From positions 1 to 63,707 of the forward strand of contig WQYD01000005.1 in NCBI GenBank assembly GCA_009781445.1: DNA of 63,707 bases, in the 5' to 3' direction. The translations under genes and the position numbers were made by a program. The stretch is from Bacillota bacterium. Its GTDB lineage: Bacteria > Bacillota > Clostridia > Christensenellales > DTU072. The notes under the pieces are model-generated. The model did no database searches. It was given only the letters and a program-made list of their open reading frames with translations, and had not been told where the DNA came from. Shown here piece after piece: positions 9,314 to 18,392 of this stretch (positions are counted from its first letter, which is position 1; each line of letters starts with the position of its first letter).

Positions 9314-10456
9314 ATGAAAAGGATTTACTTGTCGCCCCCGCATATGTGCGGTGAAGAAATGAAATTTATTCAGCAGGCGTTTGATACGAACTGGATTGCC
9401 CCTTTAGGGGCTAATGTTGACGCTTTTGAGACGGAACTTGCACCAATAGCAGGGCGCAAATTCGGAGCCGCTTTATCGGCAGGAACGCACGCAATTCATT
9501 TAAGTTTAAAACTTCTTAATGTTGGCGCAGGCGATTTTGTGTTTTGTTCGTCACTAACATTTTCGGGAAGTTGCAACGCAATAGTTTACGAAAAAGCAAT
9601 ACCTGTGTTTATTGATTCTGACGAAAGTTGGAATATGTCACCATACGCACTCAAGAAAGCGTTTAAGCATTTTGCCGAACGCAAAACATTGCCGAAAGCG
9701 GTGATTATTGTGGATTTATATGGGCAAAGTGCGGATTATGACGCACTTTTGGCAATTTGCGCGGAATACAATGTGCCAGTGATTGAAGATGCCGCTGAGG
9801 CACTTGGCGCGAACTATAAGGGTAAACCCTGCGGTTCTTTCGGCGAACTTGCAATTCTTTCATTCAACGGTAATAAGATTATCACCACATCGGGTGGCGG
9901 AATGTTGCTTTCAAATAACGAAGAACAAATTCAAAAAGCAAAATTTTGGGCAACGCAAGCGCGAGATTCCGCACCGTATTATCAGCATTCCGAGATAGGA
10001 TATAATTATAGGCTAAGTAACATTTCGGCAGGCATCGGGCGCGGACAGCTTTTGTGCTTAAAGGAAAGAGTGGCGCAAAAGAAAGCCATTTTCAATAACT
10101 ATTGCAAGGGTTTTAGCGATATTAACGCCATAAAAATGATGTATTCGCCACAACACTGCGATTCAACTTATTGGTTAAGCGTTATGACGGTATGCGAAAA
10201 ATCCAGCGTGAAGCCAAGCGATATTATTGATAAGTTAGGAAAAATGAACATTGAGGCGCGCCACATTTGGAAGCCCATGCATTTACAACCTGTGTTTAAA
10301 GATGCAATGTTTTTCAGTTCTTTTGACGGCAAAACCAAAGAAAGTTTTGCCGAATCCTTCTTTAATAACGGCGTTTGCTTGCCGAGTGCCACAACCATGA
10401 CAAGCAGTGAACAGCAACTGATAATAGACGCTGTTAAGGATATGTTTTATGTATAA
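9314..10456 (+). CDS. DegT/DnrJ/EryC1/StrS (PglE/EpsN-like) sugar aminotransferase
   Basis: IYLSPPHM, IEDAAEALG, SFNGNKIITTSGGG and GYNYRLSN motifs. Confidence 0.93.
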   Translation: MKRIYLSPPHMCGEEMKFIQQAFDTNWIAPLGANVDAFETELAPIAGRKFGAALSAGTHAIHLSLKLLNVGAGDFVFCSSLTFSGSCNAIVYEKAIPVFIDSDESWNMSPYALKKAFKHFAERKTLPKAVIIVDLYGQSADYDALLAICAEYNVPVIEDAAEALGANYKGKPCGSFGELAILSFNGNKIITTSGGGMLLSNNEEQIQKAKFWATQARDSAPYYQHSEIGYNYRLSNISAGIGRGQLLCLKERVAQKKAIFNNYCKGFSDINAIKMMYSPQHCDSTYWLSVMTVCEKSSVKPSDIIDKLGKMNIEARHIWKPMHLQPVFKDAMFFSSFDGKTKESFAESFFNNGVCLPSATTMTSSEQQLIIDAVKDMFYV

Positions 10457-11138
10457 GCACTTCTTTAAGCGGTTTTTTGATATTTTGCTATCCGCAACCG
10501 CGCTTGCGCTTTTGTTTCCTGTGTTTCTTGCCGTAGCCTTTATGGTTAAGATTAAGCTGGGTTCACCTGTTATCTTTAAGCAACTAAGGCCGGGCAAAAA
10601 TGCCAAAGTTTTCAAAATGTACAAGTTCAGAACAATGACTAACGAAAAGGACGAAAACGGTAACTTACTGCCAGACGAACAGCGTTTAACAAAGTTCGGC
10701 AAATTTTTAAGATCCACATCTCTTGACGAACTGCCAGAGATTTGGAACATACTAAAGGGCAATATGAGTATAGTCGGCCCGCGCCCTCAGCTTGTTAGGG
10801 ATATGGTATTTTTTAGCCCCGAAGTAATGGCGCGCCAAAGCGTCCGCCCCGGTTTAACAGGGCTTGCCCAAGTGAATGGCAGAAACCGCATAAATTGGGA
10901 AGAACGCTTTGAGTGGGACTTAAAATATATTAAAAAAATCACCCTGTTTTCGGACATTGCAGTTTTCTTTAAAACAATCGGCAAAATGCTAAAACGCTCA
11001 GATATTTCTGCCGAAAACAGCGCAACGGATACCGATTACGGTGATTGGCTTTTAGAATCGGGAAGAATAACAAACGAAGAGTACCTCAACAAAATGGAAG
11101 AGTACAAGTCAATAATAAATTCCCTTGGCGGAAAATAG
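10449..11138 (+). CDS. Initiating sugar phosphotransferase (PglC/EpsL-like)
   Basis: KRFFDI, FKMYKFRTM, SLDELPE, MSIVGPRP and PGLTGLAQVNGR motifs. Confidence 0.93.
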   Translation: MYKHFFKRFFDILLSATALALLFPVFLAVAFMVKIKLGSPVIFKQLRPGKNAKVFKMYKFRTMTNEKDENGNLLPDEQRLTKFGKFLRSTSLDELPEIWNILKGNMSIVGPRPQLVRDMVFFSPEVMARQSVRPGLTGLAQVNGRNRINWEERFEWDLKYIKKITLFSDIAVFFKTIGKMLKRSDISAENSATDTDYGDWLLESGRITNEEYLNKMEEYKSIINSLGGK

Positions 11139-11148
11139 GAAACTTAAA

Positions 11149-11979
11149 ATGGATAAATTCAGCGTCTTAATGGCAGTATATAAAAACGACAAAACGGAAT
11201 TCTTTACAGAAGCCTTTGATAGTGTTATAAATCAAACGGCGAAACCTCATGAAATCGTTATTGTTAGGGACGGCATTGTTCCCGCGGAATTAGAGCAAAA
11301 GCTAATAGATTACGAAAAAGAACATGAAATCGTTAAGATTGTGCGCCTTGAAGAAAATGTGGGGCTTGGCAACGCTTTGAAAGAGGGAACGAATCACTGT
11401 TCTCACGAATTGATTGCAAGAATGGATAGTGACGATATTTGTTTGCCCGATAGGTTTGAAAAGCAGTTAAAAGCATTTGAGGAAGATAGAGATTTAAGCA
11501 TTATCGGCGGAAATATTGAAGAATTTATTGAAAGCAAAGATAAAATCGTTAGCGCAAGGATTGTGCCAAGAACGCATGAGGAAGTGTCGCAGTTTATTAA
11601 AAAGCGTTGCCCCATGAATCATATGGCGGTTATGTTCAGAAAATCTGAGGTGCTTAAGGCGGGCGGATACATCCACCAGCTTTATAATGAGGATTATTTT
11701 TTGTGGATTAGAATGTTTCTTGCAGGTTGCAAATTTAAAAACCTTGCGGAAACTTTGGTATATGTGCGCATAGGGCGCGATATGTTCAAGCGCAGAGGCG
11801 GGGTTAAGTATTTCCGTTCAGAAAAGCAAATGTTTAAATTCATGCGTAAAAACCGCATGATTGGGCTGTTCTCATATTTGAAATCGGTGTTTATAAGGCT
11901 TGCGGTGCAGGTATTGATGCCAAGAAAGTTGCGTGGGTGGCTGTACCTAAAGGCACTAAGAGGGCGAGAAGCAAAATGA
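11149..11979 (+). CDS. GT2 glycosyltransferase (AmsE-like)
   Basis: FSVLMAVYKND, ARMDSDDI and EDYFLW motifs. Start moved to ATG 11149 (AGGA RBS). Confidence 0.9.
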   Translation: MDKFSVLMAVYKNDKTEFFTEAFDSVINQTAKPHEIVIVRDGIVPAELEQKLIDYEKEHEIVKIVRLEENVGLGNALKEGTNHCSHELIARMDSDDICLPDRFEKQLKAFEEDRDLSIIGGNIEEFIESKDKIVSARIVPRTHEEVSQFIKKRCPMNHMAVMFRKSEVLKAGGYIHQLYNEDYFLWIRMFLAGCKFKNLAETLVYVRIGRDMFKRRGGVKYFRSEKQMFKFMRKNRMIGLFSYLKSVFIRLAVQVLMPRKLRGWLYLKALRGREAK

Positions 11980-13052
11980 TTTTCTATTTTGCTAACATTT
12001 TAATAAACTTAATTGCGGGGGCATACTTCCTCAAGGAAGGGCGTTTTCGTAACGGAAAGAAAATATATTTATTTGTTACGGGTGTGCAGTTAACATTGAT
12101 TGCAGGACTGCGCAGTACAAGCGTAGGCATTGACACAAAGAGTTACGAAAGAATATTTGAAGAGGTTCGCAAGTACGACATAAGGGAACTTAATTCTTAT
12201 CCGCACGCGGAATTTTTGTATGTTTTGATTTGCAAAGTAATTCAGCTTTGCGGTGGCAATTACCAATGGGCATTGGTGATTACGGGTGCAATTATTGGCT
12301 TTGGATTAGTAAAATTCATTTACGATTATTCCGAAAATCCCATGCTAAGCGTATATTTGCTCATTAGCTTAGGCGTGTACTATTTTTCCTTTAACGGCAC
12401 GAGATCTGCCCTTGCAATGGTGTTTATAATAAATTCGCTAAAATATGCCATGAACAAAAAGTTTATCAAATACACTCTTTGTTTCATTGTAGCGTTTTTC
12501 TTCCACAAAAGCTCAATATTCTACTTCCCGCTTTATTTAGTGGGCTACCTTAAAAGCGGTAAAAAAGCCACACAGTTTATTCTTATAAGCTTATTTTTGG
12601 CACTTGCGCTTTTTAACACAGCTCTCAATATCGCCATAATGCTTCTTCCCCAATACGGCATTTACAGGTCAACCCAATACCTGCAACCCAATGTCGGGTG
12701 GCAACAGCTAATAACTTACACCGCTTTTGCGCTTTGGGCTTGCATGGTGTTTTTCTCTAAAAAAAACAAAGCCAAACGCGCGTCCAAAATACATGTTACA
12801 CACCTTGCTTTTATTATGCTTACATTTGCCATGTTTGCAATGTCGTTCAGAATGGAAATCGTGTCGCGCTTGGCTGTGCCGTTTATGGCTTTTGCCACAG
12901 TTAGTTTGCCAAGCATTCTGAATTTAGAACTTTCGCAAACGAGGAAAATGTGGTACACAATGGGAATTATTGCTTACGCAACTATCTTCCACATTGTAAT
13001 AATCAACGCAAATTGGAACGAAATTGTGCCTTATGCAGGGTTTTGGCAATAA
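11976..13052 (+). CDS. EpsG-family polysaccharide polymerase (Wzy-like)
   Basis: Multi-TM protein with GLRSTSVGIDT..Y, R..LA and FHKS EpsG motifs. ATGA overlap with the upstream gene. Confidence 0.85.
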   Translation: MIFYFANILINLIAGAYFLKEGRFRNGKKIYLFVTGVQLTLIAGLRSTSVGIDTKSYERIFEEVRKYDIRELNSYPHAEFLYVLICKVIQLCGGNYQWALVITGAIIGFGLVKFIYDYSENPMLSVYLLISLGVYYFSFNGTRSALAMVFIINSLKYAMNKKFIKYTLCFIVAFFFHKSSIFYFPLYLVGYLKSGKKATQFILISLFLALALFNTALNIAIMLLPQYGIYRSTQYLQPNVGWQQLITYTAFALWACMVFFSKKNKAKRASKIHVTHLAFIMLTFAMFAMSFRMEIVSRLAVPFMAFATVSLPSILNLELSQTRKMWYTMGIIAYATIFHIVIINANWNEIVPYAGFWQ

Positions 13053-13087
13053 CGAATCACATATAAGCAACAAAAGGAAAAAAGAAA

Positions 13088-13783
13088 ATGATACCAAAAA
13101 AAATTCACTATATATGGCTTGGGGGCAATCCGCTTTCCCCGCTAATGGAAATGTGCATTGAAAGCTGGAAAAAGTTTTGCCCCGATTATGAGATAATTAA
13201 ATGGGACGAAACTAACTTAGATTTTAGCAATTGCGCGTACGCGGTTCAGGCTTACGAGGCAAAAAAATGGGCATTCGTTTCGGACTATTGCCGTTTCCTC
13301 GTTCTGCACGGACACGGGGGCATTTATCTTGATATTGATGTGGAATTGCTCAAACCGTTAGATAGCTTTTTAGATGCCCCGTTCACAGGTTTTGAACAAA
13401 AAGACAGCGTAAACCCCGGGTTAATTTTTGCCTGTGAGGCAGGAAATGCTTTCTGCAAAAGCATGATTGATTCTTACCTAAGCGACACATTTTGCCCAAA
13501 TAACCTTATCACTGTGTGCAGGCGCGCAACCGATATTTTACTAAAGCACGGGTTGCAACTTAATGATACAAAGCAGGAAGTTTTAGGCATGGTTATTTAT
13601 CCCACAGAGTATTTTTGCCCGATAAGTTACGAAACGGGTAAAAAGCGCATCACGGAAAACACGGCGTCTATCCACCATTATGCGGCATCTTGGGTTCCGC
13701 TAAGACGAAAATTTTTGAACAGGATAGGGCGCATTATCGGCCCTAAGAACAAAAAGAGATTGAAAAAACTATTTGGAAAATAA
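13088..13783 (+). CDS. GT32 (OCH1-like DXD) glycosyltransferase
   Basis: MIPKKIHYIWLGG, SDYCRF and GGIYLDIDVE motifs. Confidence 0.92.
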   Translation: MIPKKIHYIWLGGNPLSPLMEMCIESWKKFCPDYEIIKWDETNLDFSNCAYAVQAYEAKKWAFVSDYCRFLVLHGHGGIYLDIDVELLKPLDSFLDAPFTGFEQKDSVNPGLIFACEAGNAFCKSMIDSYLSDTFCPNNLITVCRRATDILLKHGLQLNDTKQEVLGMVIYPTEYFCPISYETGKKRITENTASIHHYAASWVPLRRKFLNRIGRIIGPKNKKRLKKLFGK

Positions 13784-14832
13784 TGAGCAAAATCAGCGTA
13801 ATAATACCCATGTATAATGCCGAAAAGTACATTGAAAAGTGCTTGTTAAGCGTTGCTTCGCAAACCTATGGGAATCTTGAAATAGTGGTTGTTAATGACG
13901 GCAGTACGGATAATTCACTTGCCGTTGTTTCTGAATTTGCAAAAGCAGATAATAGAATCGTTGTTATTAACAAAGAAAACGGCGGTGTTGCCTCTGCGCG
14001 CAATGCGGGCTTAGATGTTGCAATCGGGGATTATATCGCGTTTGTTGATTCTGATGATTATATTGATTCCAAAATGTACGAAAAACTTTTTGAGGCGATT
14101 CAAAACAACTCTGCCGATACCGCATTTTGCGGTTTTGTTAGGGTGATTGGTGATAGATTTGTTCGGCGTCATGAGGCAAATATCGGCAGGCTTGCCGAAA
14201 ACCCTCAAAATATAGCAAGTTTTTTTGAAATTAAGGGACTTAAAAGCACTTCGCCCGATTCTGAATTCACAGAAAACACAATGGGTTCTACATGCAGAGT
14301 CTTGTTCAACCGTAAGCTCATAGAATCCTCTAAACTTCGTTTTCCTCAAGATATATTTATCGCTGAAGATTTAGTGTTTTTACTGAATTACTTACTCTTG
14401 TGTAAAAAAGTTTCCGTTGTTAACGAAAACTTGTATTATTACCTTTGCAATCCCGTATCGGCAACATCTAAGCGTTATAAAAAGAATTATCTTGAAAATG
14501 AAAAGGCACTTTACGGCTACATTACCGCGGTGCTTGCAAAAAATTCATTTCTAACGGCACAGCAAAAATCCACACTGCTTTCAAAATTTAAATTATTATC
14601 TTGCAGTACAATTGTTAGAAACGAACTTGGATATAACGAGGCAGGTATTGCCCGCATGAGGAAATTGGCAAAATGCGATAAATATTTTAGGGGCTTATTG
14701 CCGTTTCCGTCCTTGTTTTTGGCACAGCGCGAGCAAGGTTTCAAAAAAGCAGTGTTCTTCTTGCTAATTAAGTTTAGGTGTTGGGGAACTGTAAAATCTT
14801 TTTTATTAAGGTGGGAAAAAAAGAATGCATGA
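13783..14832 (+). CDS. GT2 glycosyltransferase
   Basis: ISVIIPMYN, VNDGSTD, ARNAGL and FVDSDD motifs. Confidence 0.92.
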   Translation: MSKISVIIPMYNAEKYIEKCLLSVASQTYGNLEIVVVNDGSTDNSLAVVSEFAKADNRIVVINKENGGVASARNAGLDVAIGDYIAFVDSDDYIDSKMYEKLFEAIQNNSADTAFCGFVRVIGDRFVRRHEANIGRLAENPQNIASFFEIKGLKSTSPDSEFTENTMGSTCRVLFNRKLIESSKLRFPQDIFIAEDLVFLLNYLLLCKKVSVVNENLYYYLCNPVSATSKRYKKNYLENEKALYGYITAVLAKNSFLTAQQKSTLLSKFKLLSCSTIVRNELGYNEAGIARMRKLAKCDKYFRGLLPFPSLFLAQREQGFKKAVFFLLIKFRCWGTVKSFLLRWEKKNA

Positions 14833-15907
14833 TAGTAAAGCAGGAATAATCACATTTCATTTTGCGCAAAATTACGGCGCAGTGCTACAGTGCTATGCAC
14901 TGCAAGAATTCCTTTCAAATCGGCAGTGTAATGCATTCGTAATTAATCACAAGGATTATGCGCAAGAGCGTGATCTTAAGCTGATTCAATTTAGAAGTCC
15001 CAAAAGGTTTGTAAAATCAATTTTGCTTTTTGTTAGAAATGTTGCTAAAAGGTTACGCTTTAACCGCTTTAGAAGTAAACATTTGAATCTCATTAGTGCA
15101 GAGTTTGCCGATACGCTTGATTTAATTGTTTTAGGAAGTGATCAAGTTTGGAATTTTGATTTTGCTAACACCAAAGCATATTTTGCAGAGTTTCCCAAAA
15201 AGCAAAATGCCAAGGTGGTTTCTTACGCTGCAAGCATCGGCAAGGATAGCGTTAGCAGTGCTGAATTGGATAAGTACAAAGAAAAACTTAAGGGTGTGGA
15301 TATGATTTCCGTGCGTGAAAGCGTGGCAAAAGACGCGCTTCAACCTTTAACAGAAAAGCACATTGATGTTATGATTGATCCAACCCTTTTGCTTAGTAGA
15401 GAACAATGGCAAACTGCAATCGGAAAATCGCTTTCGGGCAGAATTAAGAAGTATGTGTTAATTTATAGCTTAAATCAGTACCCCGAAACTTTTAAAATAG
15501 CACAGAAAGTTGCCAAGGAATTGGGGCTAAAAACGATTGAGGTTCGTTCGCACGGAATCAAAGTGAGGCACAGTGTTAACAAAACCGTTACATTTGCAGG
15601 CCCGGCAGAATTCTTAAGGCTATTTCAAGATGCTGAATTTGTTGTTACGGATTCATTTCACGGCACAGTGTTTTCAATGATATTCAACAAGCCGTTTTAC
15701 ACAATTCCGCACAAAAAAATGAACTCACGCATGAGTGGCTTGCTAAGGCTTGTGGGGCTTGGAAGCAGGCTGATAAGTTCGGAAAACTCTGTCGCCTTGG
15801 GCGAAGAAATAGACTATGAGGCAGTAGAGGATATTTTGGTGGCGGAAAGATTGCGCGCAACCGCCTTTATTGATAAAGCATTGGCGGACGCAAATGGACA
15901 GGACTAA
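14825..15907 (+). CDS. Polysaccharide pyruvyl transferase family protein
   Basis: NYGAVLQCYAL, GSDQVWN, SYAASIG, SVRE, DPTLLL and TDSFHG motifs. Confidence 0.88.
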   Translation: MHDSKAGIITFHFAQNYGAVLQCYALQEFLSNRQCNAFVINHKDYAQERDLKLIQFRSPKRFVKSILLFVRNVAKRLRFNRFRSKHLNLISAEFADTLDLIVLGSDQVWNFDFANTKAYFAEFPKKQNAKVVSYAASIGKDSVSSAELDKYKEKLKGVDMISVRESVAKDALQPLTEKHIDVMIDPTLLLSREQWQTAIGKSLSGRIKKYVLIYSLNQYPETFKIAQKVAKELGLKTIEVRSHGIKVRHSVNKTVTFAGPAEFLRLFQDAEFVVTDSFHGTVFSMIFNKPFYTIPHKKMNSRMSGLLRLVGLGSRLISSENSVALGEEIDYEAVEDILVAERLRATAFIDKALADANGQD

Positions 15908-18392
15908 GAGATTTTTTTACAACACAGTAGCAACAGGGCTACTGCAAATAACGATACTTATTTCGGGATTCATTATTCCAAGTTTAATGCTACGCAATTA
16001 CGGCTCGGAAACAAACGGAATTGTGGCATCAATCAGCCAATTTGTTTCCTACTTCCGCCTTGTGGAAGCTGGTTTGGCAAGTGCCGCCGTGTACGCACTT
16101 TACAAGCCGTTAGCAGAGAATAATCAGCTTGCAATTAATTCTATTATATCTGCCACCAAGAAGTATTATATCAAGACGGGGTTGTTCTTTTCTGTTGCCA
16201 TTGTTGCGTTTTCATTCCTGTATTCCTTAGTGGTTAAAACAAACGCTTTGCCACCGCTATATGTAGCGATTCTTGTTATGGTTTTGGGGGCGGCGGTTGC
16301 GCTTGAGTTTTTTACGCTTGCCAAATACAGCGTGTTACTTATTGCAGATCAGCGCGTTTATGTAATTTCGCTTTCAAGCATGCTATCAATCGCAATTAAT
16401 TTGGCGGTAGTGGCGGTACTTGCATCGTTTCAAATTAATGTGGTTATAGTAAAAGCTGTGGCTGTTCTCAGCGTGTTTGTGCGCTCGGCTTTATTAATGT
16501 TTTTTACAAAAAGAAAGTACAAATCTTTAGATTATAATGTGGCAAATCCTGACACCAAGAGCCTTAATAAGCGTTGGGACGCGCTTTATCTGCAAATTCT
16601 TGGCGCAGTTCAAACGGGTATGCCGATAGTTGCCGCCACCTTATTGTTAAGCCTCAGGCAAGTAAGCGTGCTTGCAATTTACAGCATGGTTGCCGTGGGA
16701 ATCGGCAGTGTTCTAAGCATTTTTATTAGCGGATTATCCTCATCGTTTGGTGACATTATAGCAAGAAATGACAAAAGCGGGTTGCAAAAAACTTACACTC
16801 AATTTGAATTTGTGTACTACAAAATTATTGCCTTTTTTTACGCGTGTACCGCAATACTAATAACCCCGTTCATTTCGGTTTACACAAGAGGCATAAGCGA
16901 TGTGAACTATTTTCTTCCGCTATTCGGCATACTTATCGTGCTGAACGGATTGTTATTTAATCTTAAAACACCGCAGGCAATGATGTTTATTTCGGCAGGA
17001 ATGTTTAAAGAAACAAGATGGCAAACCACAATTCAAGGGATTTTAGCTTTCCTTGGATGCTTTCTGTTCGGATACTTTTGGGGCTTAGAGGGGCTAATGC
17101 TCGGCATGATTGTTTCAAACCTGTACAGGTGCATTGATTTATTGTTCTTTACGCCCAAAAGAATCACAGGCACTAAAATTTCCGCCACACTCAGGCAGTG
17201 GGGAATATTGGCAATAAATATTGCACTTATCTATTTGCCGTTCATTTTTATAAAAATAAACGCGGGCGGTTATTTTGAGTGGTTGCTGTGGGCAATTGCT
17301 GTGGGTGCGTACGCTTTTGCCGTTACCGCTGTGGTTTCGGCACTTACTGATTGGAAGCTTTTTAAGCAAATCATTTTGCGCGTTAAAGCCATTTTCATTA
17401 AGGCATCTTCCGCTCACGCACAGCTTCCGCCGATTCCCGAAGCGGTTAATGGCAGAAAATGTTACGCATTAACAGTTAATGACGCTGATTTGCATTTTGC
17501 AAGCACTTCAGGGGGGGCATTTTCCGCGATAATGAATGCTTTCTGTGATAGTGGCGCAATTATTGTGGGCGCGGAAATGTGCGGCGACTTGGTTGTTCGC
17601 CATACTGTTGCTAATTCGGTTGCCGAAGCTACAAAATTCCGCAAATCTAAATATGTGAGAAGCGATACCCACGGCATTTATCGGGCAGTGCTTGAGGCAT
17701 TAGAGTGCGAGAAAAAAGTTTTGTTTACCGGCACAGGGTGTCAAGTTGCAGGGCTTAAAAGTTTCCTTGGCAAGGGCTACGATAATTTGCTTACGGTTGA
17801 CTTCGTTTGCCACGGGACGCCCTCACCCGAACATTTTAGCCGATATATCAAGGAACTTGAAACTAAACACGGAAAGAAAATTTCGCAATATGATTTCCGT
17901 TCAAAGGAAAACGGCGAACTTTTGGACGAAAAAATTGTTTTTCAAAACGGTGAATCCAAGTTTAACCGCGGAAGGCAAAATTTATGGTTAATGGCTTTTT
18001 TGTGCAATATTATGCTAATGCCGTCCTGCTATAAATGTAATTATGCTAAACCCGAACGGGAAAGTGATTTAACGATTGCCGACTTTTGGGGTTTAGAACA
18101 CTACACTTCTGATTTTGAAACAAAAAAAGGCGTTTCACTTGTTCTCGTTAACACCGAAAAGGGGCAAAGTGTTTTTGACGCTCTTAGTAATGTGAAAATT
18201 GCCGAAATGAGCCTTGATAAGGCGGTTAAGCACAATTTAAGCCTGCTCACCCCTGTGTCAAAGCACCCTAAGTACGAAGAATTTAACGCGCTTGCGAAAA
18301 CAGATTTCATTAAAGCGGTAAAGAAATATTGTTACCCTTCAACCGTTAGGCGCGTAATCGGCAGGCTATTGCCTAAAAACCTTTTTCGCTAA
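15894..18392 (+). CDS. Wzx-type polysaccharide flippase fused to a C-terminal FrhB/FdhB-like (F420 hydrogenase beta) domain
   Basis: About 500 aa of multi-TM MATE/Wzx-like sequence, then STSGGAF, SKYVRS, VLFTGTGCQVAGL, DFVCHGTPS, CYKC and DLTIADFWG in the same frame. Confidence 0.85.
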   Translation: MDRTKRFFYNTVATGLLQITILISGFIIPSLMLRNYGSETNGIVASISQFVSYFRLVEAGLASAAVYALYKPLAENNQLAINSIISATKKYYIKTGLFFSVAIVAFSFLYSLVVKTNALPPLYVAILVMVLGAAVALEFFTLAKYSVLLIADQRVYVISLSSMLSIAINLAVVAVLASFQINVVIVKAVAVLSVFVRSALLMFFTKRKYKSLDYNVANPDTKSLNKRWDALYLQILGAVQTGMPIVAATLLLSLRQVSVLAIYSMVAVGIGSVLSIFISGLSSSFGDIIARNDKSGLQKTYTQFEFVYYKIIAFFYACTAILITPFISVYTRGISDVNYFLPLFGILIVLNGLLFNLKTPQAMMFISAGMFKETRWQTTIQGILAFLGCFLFGYFWGLEGLMLGMIVSNLYRCIDLLFFTPKRITGTKISATLRQWGILAINIALIYLPFIFIKINAGGYFEWLLWAIAVGAYAFAVTAVVSALTDWKLFKQIILRVKAIFIKASSAHAQLPPIPEAVNGRKCYALTVNDADLHFASTSGGAFSAIMNAFCDSGAIIVGAEMCGDLVVRHTVANSVAEATKFRKSKYVRSDTHGIYRAVLEALECEKKVLFTGTGCQVAGLKSFLGKGYDNLLTVDFVCHGTPSPEHFSRYIKELETKHGKKISQYDFRSKENGELLDEKIVFQNGESKFNRGRQNLWLMAFLCNIMLMPSCYKCNYAKPERESDLTIADFWGLEHYTSDFETKKGVSLVLVNTEKGQSVFDALSNVKIAEMSLDKAVKHNLSLLTPVSKHPKYEEFNALAKTDFIKAVKKYCYPSTVRRVIGRLLPKNLFR

